A DNA stretch of 12,490 nt, from contig CP070761.1 of the NCBI GenBank assembly GCA_020348985.1, forward strand, positions 587,798-600,287, given 5' to 3'. The first letter of the stretch is position 1. Each line of letters opens with the position of its first letter. A program made the position numbers and the translations under genes. The notes under the pieces were generated by a model that worked only from the letters and a program-made list of their open reading frames with translations, had not been told where the DNA came from and did no database searches. Below are positions 1 to 7,263 of the stretch, piece by piece. The stretch is from Candidatus Thorarchaeota archaeon. Its GTDB lineage: Archaea > Asgardarchaeota > Thorarchaeia > Thorarchaeales > Thorarchaeaceae.

Positions 1-612
1 CGTTTGTACGTCCATCATCAAGTAGTGACAACAAAAGAAGCAATGGCCATCCTAGATCTGGCCAGTAGGCAAACAGATGAGGACGAGCGTGCAGTGGTTC
101 GATTCCCATGTATATGTCGTTATCAAGTGGATGGCGAAGACCCGGGTTCTCACTGCTACGGAATTGCTTTCACTGACGAATACACTCGACGATTCCCAAA
201 ATACCTTGGCGGGAATCACGATTATGTTAGTGCGGAGATTGCTATTGATACGCTGGAAAAGATGGTGCTCGAAGAGCCGATAGTTCACGCGGTCTCTGCA
301 TTGCGAGTTCCCTACATAGGGTTGCTCTGCAATTGTGACATGAGAGTATGCCAACCTTACATCAAACGTTTGAGACTTGGAATTGATAGCCCGTTTCACA
401 AAGGCCACTATGCTGCCACTGTGGACGAAGACAGTTGTTCGGTGTGCGGAACATGCGAGAATGTTTGTCCCTTCGGTGCAGCAGCAATTGATGAGAAGGA
501 TGTATGTGCTCGTATCAACGTGGAGGCATGCTTTGGATGTGGCATCTGCATGGGGCGATGTCCCGAGGAAGCCATTTCCCTCGTTGAAGCTCCTCGTGAA
601 ACAGGCTTTTAG
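1..612 (+). CDS. 4Fe-4S dicluster (ferredoxin-domain) protein, 5'-partial
   Basis: Frame is open from base 1 (RLYVHHQ...) to TAG at 610-612. Two ferredoxin motifs, CSVCGTCENVCP and CFGCGICMGRCP, at the C-terminus. Extra Cys motifs (CICR, HC, LCNCD..C) upstream, typical of uncharacterised 4Fe-4S binding proteins of anaerobes. Confidence 0.85.
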   Translation, partial: RLYVHHQVVTTKEAMAILDLASRQTDEDERAVVRFPCICRYQVDGEDPGSHCYGIAFTDEYTRRFPKYLGGNHDYVSAEIAIDTLEKMVLEEPIVHAVSALRVPYIGLLCNCDMRVCQPYIKRLRLGIDSPFHKGHYAATVDEDSCSVCGTCENVCPFGAAAIDEKDVCARINVEACFGCGICMGRCPEEAISLVEAPRETGF

Positions 613-653
613 GTAAGAGATTCACTTGAGCCAAATGGAGCGTGAAGGTTTCC

Positions 654-1772
654 ATGGATTTGGGCTTCTGTGACCGACTCAACCAGCTAAACAATGCCAG
701 AGAGAGACAGGATCTGATTGAGCTATCAATGTGCGACCCCCCACGATTTGGCTTCAGACCAGACGAAAGCATTCTCAAAGTTTCCGAAGCAGAATCATTG
801 GAACAAGGTTATCCAGGCGTGCAAAGCCAACTAGTACAGGGTCTCGTCAAAAGAACAAAGGAGTTCACTGAGGTTAAGATTGACGAGTCGGATGTTCTCA
901 TCACTAATGGTCTCGGTGGTGCTTTCGCGATCCTTTCCATTGCACTTAGAGGAGAGTCTGTTGGAATCGAGTCCCCATTCTACGCTCCGATCTATGAGTA
1001 TCAGCGCAGAACTTCTCACATCTGGTTCTATAGGTGTACTCCGGAACTTGAATGGGCTATTGACTTTGAACTTCTGAGGAAAGAACTAGAGCAAAGAAAC
1101 AAGCCAGGTTTCCTCTTCCTAGTTACGCCTTCCAACCCAACAGGCAATGTTCACGACGAGAGAGCTCTGAAGAGACTAGTTGATTTGGCAGGCGAGTTTG
1201 GTCAGATTCTAGTCACCGACGAGGTCTATGACGAGATGTCCTTTGTTCCATTCACATCTCTTCTTTCTGTCGCAGGAGATGTGCCGGTCATCTACCTTCA
1301 TGGTTTCAGCAAAGTCTGGAGGGCACCGCAGATCCGCGTAGGCTACATGATGTTTCATGACCCAGCGAACAAAGCTACCGCTGTCATCAACGACATAAAG
1401 AGCATTTCCAGGCTTGGGTTTGGAGTGAATCCGCACTCGCAACTCATTGCAACAAGATTGCTTGAGGAGACCAAGAAACACAGGAGAAGGCAGATTGACG
1501 AGATTAGGAGAAGACGCGATGTCTTGAACGATGCCATCAGGAAGTCAGACAATCTGAAGAGTGTACAAGCTGAAGGTGCGACGTACCAATTCGTCGAGAC
1601 TCCCTGGAATGATTGGGATGTCTGCACCAAGCTCGTAAGCGATCACAACATCCTTGTTACCCCCGCAAGTGTGTTTGACCAATACATCGGTGATCGATAT
1701 CTGCGGGTAGTCTTCCTCAACACTCCCGAGAGACTGTCCAAGTTTGTGAACTGCTTGGATGAGCTATTCTAG
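654..1772 (+). CDS. PLP-dependent aminotransferase class I/II (alanine/aspartate aminotransferase-like)
   Basis: Motifs ITNG, PSNPTG, TDEVY, and HGFSK(PLP Lys)VWRAPQIRVG, plus C-terminal YLRV. Start chosen as ATG 654 (GAAGG 5 nt upstream); GTG 642 is the alternative. Confidence 0.88.
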   Translation: MDLGFCDRLNQLNNARERQDLIELSMCDPPRFGFRPDESILKVSEAESLEQGYPGVQSQLVQGLVKRTKEFTEVKIDESDVLITNGLGGAFAILSIALRGESVGIESPFYAPIYEYQRRTSHIWFYRCTPELEWAIDFELLRKELEQRNKPGFLFLVTPSNPTGNVHDERALKRLVDLAGEFGQILVTDEVYDEMSFVPFTSLLSVAGDVPVIYLHGFSKVWRAPQIRVGYMMFHDPANKATAVINDIKSISRLGFGVNPHSQLIATRLLEETKKHRRRQIDEIRRRRDVLNDAIRKSDNLKSVQAEGATYQFVETPWNDWDVCTKLVSDHNILVTPASVFDQYIGDRYLRVVFLNTPERLSKFVNCLDELF

Positions 1773-1833
1773 CTGTTGCTCAGCTCATCAAACTAAATAG
1801 AGAATCCATGACCTACTAACTGAGGACTGCATA

Positions 1834-2463
1834 TTGAACCCGGACTACTCAAGGTGGACATTGCTTCTCTCGTCCGCGTTCTTTGGAGGGACTGCATATT
1901 GTGTCCTTACATGGTTGTCAATCGGATTCTACCCCGGACACATTAGCCCTCTGGACAACTATCTCAGTGTTCTTGGCAACTCAAGTCTGAACCCAAGCGG
2001 TGCGATTTTCTACAACCTGGCTGTGATTCTGGCTGGAATATCTCTCATCCCGTTCTATGTAGGGCTTTTCCAGACATTCGGAGAAGAAGGACGCAACAGA
2101 ATTCTCACGCTTGCAATGACTATCGGCGTTCTTAACACAGTCGCAATAATGATGTCTGGTGTATTCTCTGAAGATGTCTATGACATACATTACTTGGCGA
2201 GCTTCTCAATCTTCCTTACTTGGATTCCCGTTCTGCTTTTGACTAACCTCGCACTTCTAAATCAGGGTGGGTTCATCATGTGGACGAGTCGTTATGGGTT
2301 GGTTTTGGGGGTAATTGACACATTGTTCATGTTCTACGTGCTGTTGTTCGGAACAGATACTGGTGCGATCATTGAATGGGTGACGATCTTCTCTTTCGTG
2401 GCTTGGACTGTGTTACTTGCAATCCCCTCTTTGAGGAATTACCGCGCACTGAGTGTAGCCTGA
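1834..2463 (+). CDS. DUF998-like integral membrane protein
   Basis: About 6 hydrophobic segments. Motifs YPG..SP..NYLSVLGNS.LNP.GA..YN, GVFSED...H and a late EW resemble the DUF998 family. TTG start preceded by TGAGGA. Confidence 0.7.
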   Translation: MNPDYSRWTLLLSSAFFGGTAYCVLTWLSIGFYPGHISPLDNYLSVLGNSSLNPSGAIFYNLAVILAGISLIPFYVGLFQTFGEEGRNRILTLAMTIGVLNTVAIMMSGVFSEDVYDIHYLASFSIFLTWIPVLLLTNLALLNQGGFIMWTSRYGLVLGVIDTLFMFYVLLFGTDTGAIIEWVTIFSFVAWTVLLAIPSLRNYRALSVA

Positions 2464-2552
2464 ATCGGAACATGTCTGAGCACCAGGGGAATCTTGAGAC
2501 CCGAATTCTGGCCGTCCTGCATTCTTTATCCTGCAACACATGGGATGCTAGA

Positions 2553-2570
2553 CTAATCGAAAAGGATTAG
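2553..2570. terminator. Hairpin between convergent DUF998 and ribA genes (possible terminator)
   Basis: CTAATC-GAAAAG-GATTAG is a perfect 6-bp inverted repeat 6 nt past the ribA stop, in a convergent intergenic gap. Confidence 0.3.
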
Positions 2571-2576
2571 AGAGTT

Positions 2577-3305
2577 TCAAGTATCTCTGCCAATTGCATC
2601 GACTTCTGATATGGATCGAATGCCAGACAAGTCACCGAGCAAGTGGCCAGCTCTCTTCTCCTTTGTATCGAGATATGTTTTGCTCTCCTCGGTGGGCTCT
2701 ATTACAAGCGGGACTCTTTCCAGAATCTTCACTCCGTGCTTCTGCAGTTCCTGAATCTTCTTGGGATTGTTTGTAAGAAGCCGTATCGATTTGACGTCAA
2801 GAGTTCTAAGAATGTGGGCAGCAATTCCATAGTCACGTTCGTCAGGTTCGAATCCAAGGATGATGTTTGCGTCAACCGTGTCAACACCCATGTCCTGGAG
2901 ATAGTAGGCTTTGATCTTGTTTGTTAACCCAATGTTCCGCCCCTCCTGTCTCAGGTAAAGCAAAATGCCTTCCCCTTCCGCCTCGATTCGCTCAAGGCTC
3001 TCAATCAGTTGATCTCGACAATCGCAACGTTTGCTACCTAGTGCGTCACCAGTAAGACACTCCGAGTGCAATCTAGTAAGAACGCTTTCTTTTCCCACAA
3101 TATCTCCTTTCACCAGAGCTGTGTGCTCCTTTCCGTCGCCAGGACTAGTAAAACCACATATCTGGAACTCGCCAAAACGACTAGGCAAGTCTGCGATAAT
3201 GACGAGTCTGACACATTGACTAATGGGATCACATTGGTGATTCTTGTTCTCTTTCGTGAGCATTCGAATCTTATCTTGTGATATCTTGAGAGGCTGTACT
3301 GCCAT
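2577..3305 (-). CDS. ribA: GTP cyclohydrolase II (riboflavin biosynthesis)
   Basis: Intact motifs RLHSECLTGDALGSKRCDC (three Zn-binding Cys), YLRQEGRNIGL.NK, DERDY, LLTNNPKK and YL.TK...GH. True start is probably ATG 3305 (MAVQPL..., GAGAGTG upstream), not 3440. Confidence 0.95.
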   Translation of the reverse strand: MAVQPLKISQDKIRMLTKENKNHQCDPISQCVRLVIIADLPSRFGEFQICGFTSPGDGKEHTALVKGDIVGKESVLTRLHSECLTGDALGSKRCDCRDQLIESLERIEAEGEGILLYLRQEGRNIGLTNKIKAYYLQDMGVDTVDANIILGFEPDERDYGIAAHILRTLDVKSIRLLTNNPKKIQELQKHGVKILERVPLVIEPTEESKTYLDTKEKRAGHLLGDLSGIRSISEVDAIGRDT

Positions 3306-3339
3306 AGCTGAACACTCTCGGTGAGCCCACTCAGGATGG

Positions 3340-3360
3340 TATGATATACCTTTTCCCGCG
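3340..3360 (-). promoter_or_regulatory. Putative archaeal BRE/TATA promoter of ribA
   Basis: Minus strand reads CGCGGGAAAAGGTATATCAT: a purine-rich BRE-like run followed by a TATA-like element about 40 nt upstream of the ATG. Confidence 0.45.
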
Positions 3361-3369
3361 GAAATCACA

Positions 3370-3422
3370 TAGAGAAGCAAAGAAGGCAAAGGCAGCACGC
3401 AGAAGAGAGTAAGAATGCTGCC
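3370..3422 (-). terminator. Putative terminator after the cytochrome b561-like gene
   Basis: GGCAGCA (3391-3397) and TGCTGCC (3416-3422) form an inverted repeat. On the minus strand it is followed by the pyrimidine/U-rich tract TTTGCCTTCTTTGCTTCTCT. Confidence 0.4.
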
Positions 3423-3432
3423 CAACCTCTTT

Positions 3433-3840
3433 TTACCCATACACCAATCCTAGACCCATGTAGATTGTCAGAGTCATGAATGACGCCGTAAGTACTGCCA
3501 AACTGATGTGAAGTCTCCTGAAAAGAGTCCTGTTTACCTTCAGTTTGCCTCTTTGTCGGGCGTATCCAGTTATCGTGGTTATCAGCGCAAGAGTGACCGA
3601 TGTGAGACCCATGTATGAATGAAGATATGCAAAATGAACTCCACTTGTTGTAGTAACCATGTAGAAGGCAACTGAAAAGCCTGCTAACACAGTCAGAGTA
3701 CCGATACTTGCCACGCTCTTGTGGACTCTCAACCACCAGTTCTTTCCTCTAAGGAATCTTGCGATCAAAGCCACAACAATGACTATGATCAAACCAGTAG
3801 TCATTGTTCCAGCGTGTATCTGCCAAAGCTCAATCTGCAT
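3433..3840 (-). CDS. Small 4-TM cytochrome b561-like di-haem membrane protein
   Basis: Four hydrophobic helices, each with a His near its start: H9 (QIHAGTM), H40 (WWLRVHK), H74 (LHSYMG), H111 (RRLHISL). This is the cytochrome b561 haem-ligand pattern. SD TGAGGT upstream. Confidence 0.7.
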   Translation of the reverse strand: MQIELWQIHAGTMTTGLIIVIVVALIARFLRGKNWWLRVHKSVASIGTLTVLAGFSVAFYMVTTTSGVHFAYLHSYMGLTSVTLALITTITGYARQRGKLKVNRTLFRRLHISLAVLTASFMTLTIYMGLGLVYG

Positions 3841-3881
3841 CGAGGACCAACCTCAGTTGTGGATCTTGCGAACTTGCAGTT

Positions 3882-4418
3882 CTATCGGCGTCTCATAATT
3901 GTAGCGACAGCGAACAAGAGTCCCACAACAACAATTGCTGCCGCGATTCCAACCGTGAAGAGGAATTGATTGCCGTCACCAGTTGGAGTAGTCGGTGCTG
4001 TTGTTGTAGTATCCATTGTTGTAGTGTCAGTGGCTGTCGTTGTCGTAGTAGTGGTCGTGGCTGGAGCAGTCACGGTGATATCACGAGTAATGGATCCTGC
4101 AATACTGCAGGCTGCTGTTATTTGCAGCACATCTCCATCAACAGCATCAACTGAAAATGTGTCATCCATTCCCGTCGTTGATTCTTGGCTTGTGTAGTCT
4201 CTTGACGTATACTCGACACTATTCTTCAGAATAGTAATGGATTCAATGTAATGCGTGCCTGTATCGGTCACGGAATGTGATACAGTTACAGTCAAAGTCT
4301 GAGTATCGAAATCGTATTCTAGCGTCATGTTAGATGGAGTGTGCGCCGTCACTGGATTTGCCATTGCCAACGCAACTGCAAAAGCGAGTGTTAACCCCAG
4401 AACCAAAGAACGTCTCAT
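3882..4418 (-). CDS. Secreted, C-terminally anchored His/Cys metal-binding beta protein (desulfoferrodoxin/SOR-like)
   Basis: Signal peptide (MRR + hydrophobic stretch + VTA|H). Beta-rich domain with H26, H48, HYI (H56) and C104-S-I-A-G. Thr-rich linker, C-terminal TM helix and RRR tail. SD AGGAG upstream. Confidence 0.65.
   Translation of the reverse strand: MRRSLVLGLTLAFAVALAMANPVTAHTPSNMTLEYDFDTQTLTVTVSHSVTDTGTHYIESITILKNSVEYTSRDYTSQESTTGMDDTFSVDAVDGDVLQITAACSIAGSITRDITVTAPATTTTTTTTATDTTTMDTTTTAPTTPTGDGNQFLFTVGIAAAIVVVGLLFAVATIMRRR
3981..4058 (-). repeat. Low-complexity Thr-rich linker (ACN codon run)
   Basis: Encodes TTTTTTTTATDTTTMDTTTTAPTTPT, typical of glycosylated stalks of archaeal surface proteins. 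Confidence 0.8.
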
Positions 4419-4563
4419 TACCGTCGATCTCCTATCAATTACCCGTGTTCTGCCTATTGCTTGGCTTCAATAATATCTTTGGAAATGACACTTTGAGAAG
4501 CGATTACCTGCGTAGGTAGTGTCAGGAATCTTAGCTTCGATGGTATCCAAACTCAAATGTTTC

Positions 4564-5832
4564 TCAAGCCATCTCGATGTCAGGTGCAGGAGTTGTTGGC
4601 GCAAGATGACCAGCCGCCGTTTGAGCAATCACCGTCCGAAGTCCAACGCCTTCCAAGAAGGACTTCACGTTTTTCATTTCATCTATAGAAGGCCGAGAAA
4701 TATCCGCTCGGCGAAACTCAGGACGATAGTCAAGCACTGTCACCTGGACCTGATCATTTAGAGAAATCAGTCTGGACGCCCATTCGTGGAGTTCTGAGTC
4801 CATAACTTCTATGGAAGTATAGAACATAGGATTGAAAGGTAGACCAATGCCTACAAACACATTCTCCGGATAGTGGTTCTGGAGGAGATGTCTGACGGCG
4901 TTCCAAGATGTTTCTAGATACCTCTTAGCGAGATTTGAGTCTGTGACACCAGAAATCGTCTGGAAGGTTTCTAAACTGACTGCCTTCAGGTCAGGCCCGA
5001 TATCCGTCATCCCCGCATCGATCAACTTCTCTATGTAGTCTTTTGTAAGTACCGTGGCATTTGTGTCCAAGTGAAGGCGACTACCACTAGGAGCATTCTC
5101 CTTGAGATGCCTGAAGAAACGTAGCAACCACGGACGGTTTAGCGTTGCTTCTCCGCCAGAGATGGCCATTCGATGGACCGCGACTCTTTCGCGAAGTTGC
5201 AGAAGGTGTCTTGCGGCCTCCTCAGGAGTTACTGCCTTAGCGCGACTGTCGTATGTCACATCGTGATTCTGACAGGTTCTACATCGAAGATTGCAGCCTG
5301 CCGAGAAGCAAGCGGCTTCCGCATAGAAAGCCCAGCCTCGACCTACACCCTTTTCCGGCCAAGGCGTTCCCACACCGCCTACTGAATGAGCTTGATGCCA
5401 TCCCACTATCCGTATAGGGTGTTGATCTTGTGACAATCGTGTCTCTATTCTTTGACCTTCTGAAACTGCAGTATGACAACTCTGTCTGACTTGATTGTTC
5501 ACCAAGACTGAGCAGGCATAACATCCGCCGGTCTCACATGGCGCGAAGAAGCCAGCATCCTCAATGTATCGTGAAAACGAGTAGCCAAGGTGTTCTAAGG
5601 CCACTTTTATCGTTGTGTCACCGGGAACTTCGACACGTTGGCCATCAACGGTGATTGTGACTGCAGACTTCGGTTGCACTGTGGTTTCTTCTATTGCCTC
5701 GCTGGGACACGCTAAATAGCAGGCCCGGCATCCAACACATGAATTGGGACTAGGGCAAGAAACTCTGGTAATGCAGTAGCGACACTTGGAGCACCGTTCT
5801 TGATTTCGATGGTACTCATAGTGCATCCACAT
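4564..5832 (-). CDS. Radical SAM protein (PflA/activase-like) with N-terminal 4Fe-4S and 2Fe-2S ferredoxin domains
   Basis: CNLRCRTC radical SAM motif, plus ISGGEAT, LDTNA and DLKA. N-terminal CSKCRYC....CP and CVGCRACYLACP, then TVDG...CETGGCYAC...SC (2Fe-2S-like). Start ATG 5832 follows SD GAGGTG; the ORF-track start at 5868 is less likely. Confidence 0.88.
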   Translation of the reverse strand: MWMHYEYHRNQERCSKCRYCITRVSCPSPNSCVGCRACYLACPSEAIEETTVQPKSAVTITVDGQRVEVPGDTTIKVALEHLGYSFSRYIEDAGFFAPCETGGCYACSVLVNNQVRQSCHTAVSEGQRIETRLSQDQHPIRIVGWHQAHSVGGVGTPWPEKGVGRGWAFYAEAACFSAGCNLRCRTCQNHDVTYDSRAKAVTPEEAARHLLQLRERVAVHRMAISGGEATLNRPWLLRFFRHLKENAPSGSRLHLDTNATVLTKDYIEKLIDAGMTDIGPDLKAVSLETFQTISGVTDSNLAKRYLETSWNAVRHLLQNHYPENVFVGIGLPFNPMFYTSIEVMDSELHEWASRLISLNDQVQVTVLDYRPEFRRADISRPSIDEMKNVKSFLEGVGLRTVIAQTAAGHLAPTTPAPDIEMA

Positions 5833-5864
5833 GCACACCTCGTTGTGTGGAAGCATGCTCGCTT

Positions 5865-6530
5865 TCACAGTGTGATTTCGTCGCCTTCGACCATTTCCTG
5901 AATCGAGATTTCAGTGGTCTCTTCAAGCGCCTTCTTGAAGTCCTCTGTTCCTTTGTCCCATGTATGCATTGGTATCACAGTTTTTGGTTTGATTGTGCTA
6001 GCCGCTTCTGCGCCCTCCTTGTTGTCCATGGTGTATGTATCACCGACAGGAATCATGGCAACGTCTATCGGACCTAGACTCTCCATCTCAGGAATTACGT
6101 CTGTGTCTCCGGCATGATAGATCGTCTTCCCGCCAATTGTGATAACATATCCAACGCCATAGTCCTTGGGGTGGTATGGATTTCCAGGAGATCTGAACTT
6201 CGAGATATTGTAAGCAGGCACTGCTCTAATCTTGACTCCTCTGATTTCAATCTCATCCCCAATCGTGATCGGTCTGAAGTCACCCTTGACTTTCTCACCG
6301 CAGTCTTCTGGAGCGATGATAATCGAATCCTCTGCTTGAACGCTCACAATTGATTCCGGATGACAATGGTCATTATGACCGTGCGTAGCGAGAATGATTG
6401 TGGCCTTCTCAGAAACATCGGACACTCTCTCAACATACTTTTTCGCTCTATAGAGGTCTATGTAGATACTCTCATCCTCGGTCTTGATCTGAAAACCAGC
6501 ATGTCCCAAATACCTAATCGTGACTGTCAT
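5865..6530 (-). CDS. MBL-fold metallo-hydrolase (UPF0173/UlaG-like)
   Basis: Motifs YLGHAGF, THGHNDH (HxHxDH), YHAGDT and IPMH. SD GGTGAA upstream. Confidence 0.9.
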   Translation of the reverse strand: MTVTIRYLGHAGFQIKTEDESIYIDLYRAKKYVERVSDVSEKATIILATHGHNDHCHPESIVSVQAEDSIIIAPEDCGEKVKGDFRPITIGDEIEIRGVKIRAVPAYNISKFRSPGNPYHPKDYGVGYVITIGGKTIYHAGDTDVIPEMESLGPIDVAMIPVGDTYTMDNKEGAEAASTIKPKTVIPMHTWDKGTEDFKKALEETTEISIQEMVEGDEITL

Positions 6531-6606
6531 TCAATTCACCAGCCAACTACAAATCAATAGTCAAGCATTACTTATGAAGACCATGTCTTGCGGCAGATCA
6601 ACAGCG

Positions 6607-7152
6607 TTAGAGCTCAGTCACAGGACCAGGACCAGTTGTCTTGCTTGAGTGACCTTTGGGAGGCTTGACCGTGGCTGAATCCTTCATGTCCCCCCGTTTC
6701 ACGTGGTGCCTACTCGACAGTTTCTCCATCTCAACGATTCTTGAATCAAGAGGCTCAGCATATTCAGTCGCAGAGTCGTAGAGCTCCAAGATTTCGGCCT
6801 TTGTGGGAATCCCCGGCAAAACCTCAAGACCCACTTGAACCCGCGGGATAGGCAGTGATGTTACCTTCGAACGGCGCTTCTCTCTGAATCCCATTGTTGC
6901 TATGTCGATAACAATCAGTTTACAGCCGATTTCATCTGCGGCGGCCTTTGCAGAATAGATTAGAGGCATGACGTCCGGCGGTACAATTCGATTACTCTTT
7001 CCATCCTTGTCTGAGAACGGCACTGAAGAGGCCCCACCGCCAACCGGACTACATTGGCCATAATCACAAAGATGAGTTCCCCTCCAATCATGCGCCCCAG
7101 TGGTAAACCGTGTCGTCTCAAGAACCACAATTATGTCATTTTGCTCATTCAT
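6607..7152 (-). CDS. Hypothetical protein (H-x-C-x4-C motif; possible thioredoxin-like core)
   Basis: 181-183 aa ORF filling the gap, co-directional with its neighbours. Contains HLCDYGQC and LIVIDI...PIPRVQVG, with a low-complexity C-tail. ATG 7152 or GTG 7158 start. Confidence 0.6.
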   Translation of the reverse strand: MNEQNDIIVVLETTRFTTGAHDWRGTHLCDYGQCSPVGGGASSVPFSDKDGKSNRIVPPDVMPLIYSAKAAADEIGCKLIVIDIATMGFREKRRSKVTSLPIPRVQVGLEVLPGIPTKAEILELYDSATEYAEPLDSRIVEMEKLSSRHHVKRGDMKDSATVKPPKGHSSKTTGPGPVTEL

Positions 7153-7161
7153 CGTCACACA

Positions 7162-7179
7162 CTCGAACCTTAGTTCGAG
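7162..7179. promoter_or_regulatory. Perfect inverted repeat CTCGAAC-N4-GTTCGAG (candidate operator or 5'UTR hairpin)
   Basis: 7-bp arms at 7162-7168 and 7173-7179, between a minus-strand TATA-like TTAATAT (7198-7204) and the start of the hypothetical gene. Confidence 0.45.
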
Positions 7180-7222
7180 AGTATGTTGAAACCAAGCATA
7201 TTAACCACTGAGTTCTTTGCAT

Positions 7223-7237
7223 ATGTCAAAGTGACAT
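7223..7237. promoter_or_regulatory. Inverted repeat ATGTCA-N3-TGACAT (candidate TF site or cruF 3' hairpin)
   Basis: 6-bp arms at 7223-7228 and 7232-7237, 26 nt past the cruF stop and just upstream of the TATA-like element of the next gene. Confidence 0.35.
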
Positions 7238-7263
7238 TTGAGTAGTTTCTAATTGAGGGTTGA

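Noticed and set aside
3306-3440. 45-aa N-terminal extension of RibA in the ORF track, and a possible FMN riboswitch upstream of ribA
   Set aside because: The extension overlaps terminator- and promoter-like elements and has no RibA similarity. The conserved FMN aptamer motifs (AGGGCGGGG...GAAATTCCC) are absent.
3804-4197. Val-rich and Cys/Ser-rich plus-strand ORFs (3970..4197, 3804..4154)
   Set aside because: Antisense shadows of the Thr-codon run of the surface protein.
4486-4563. SECIS element or Sec/Pyl readthrough
   Set aside because: No gene here has an internal in-frame TGA/TAG at a conserved position. The TGA/TAG stops I checked are out of frame with the next co-directional gene, and the hairpin is too short for a SECIS.
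6561-7205. Shared ATGCTTG just after the minus-strand TATA-like boxes of two adjacent genes (near 6562-6568 and 7193-7199)
   Set aside because: Only a 7-nt match in two copies, indistinguishable from chance without genome-wide data.
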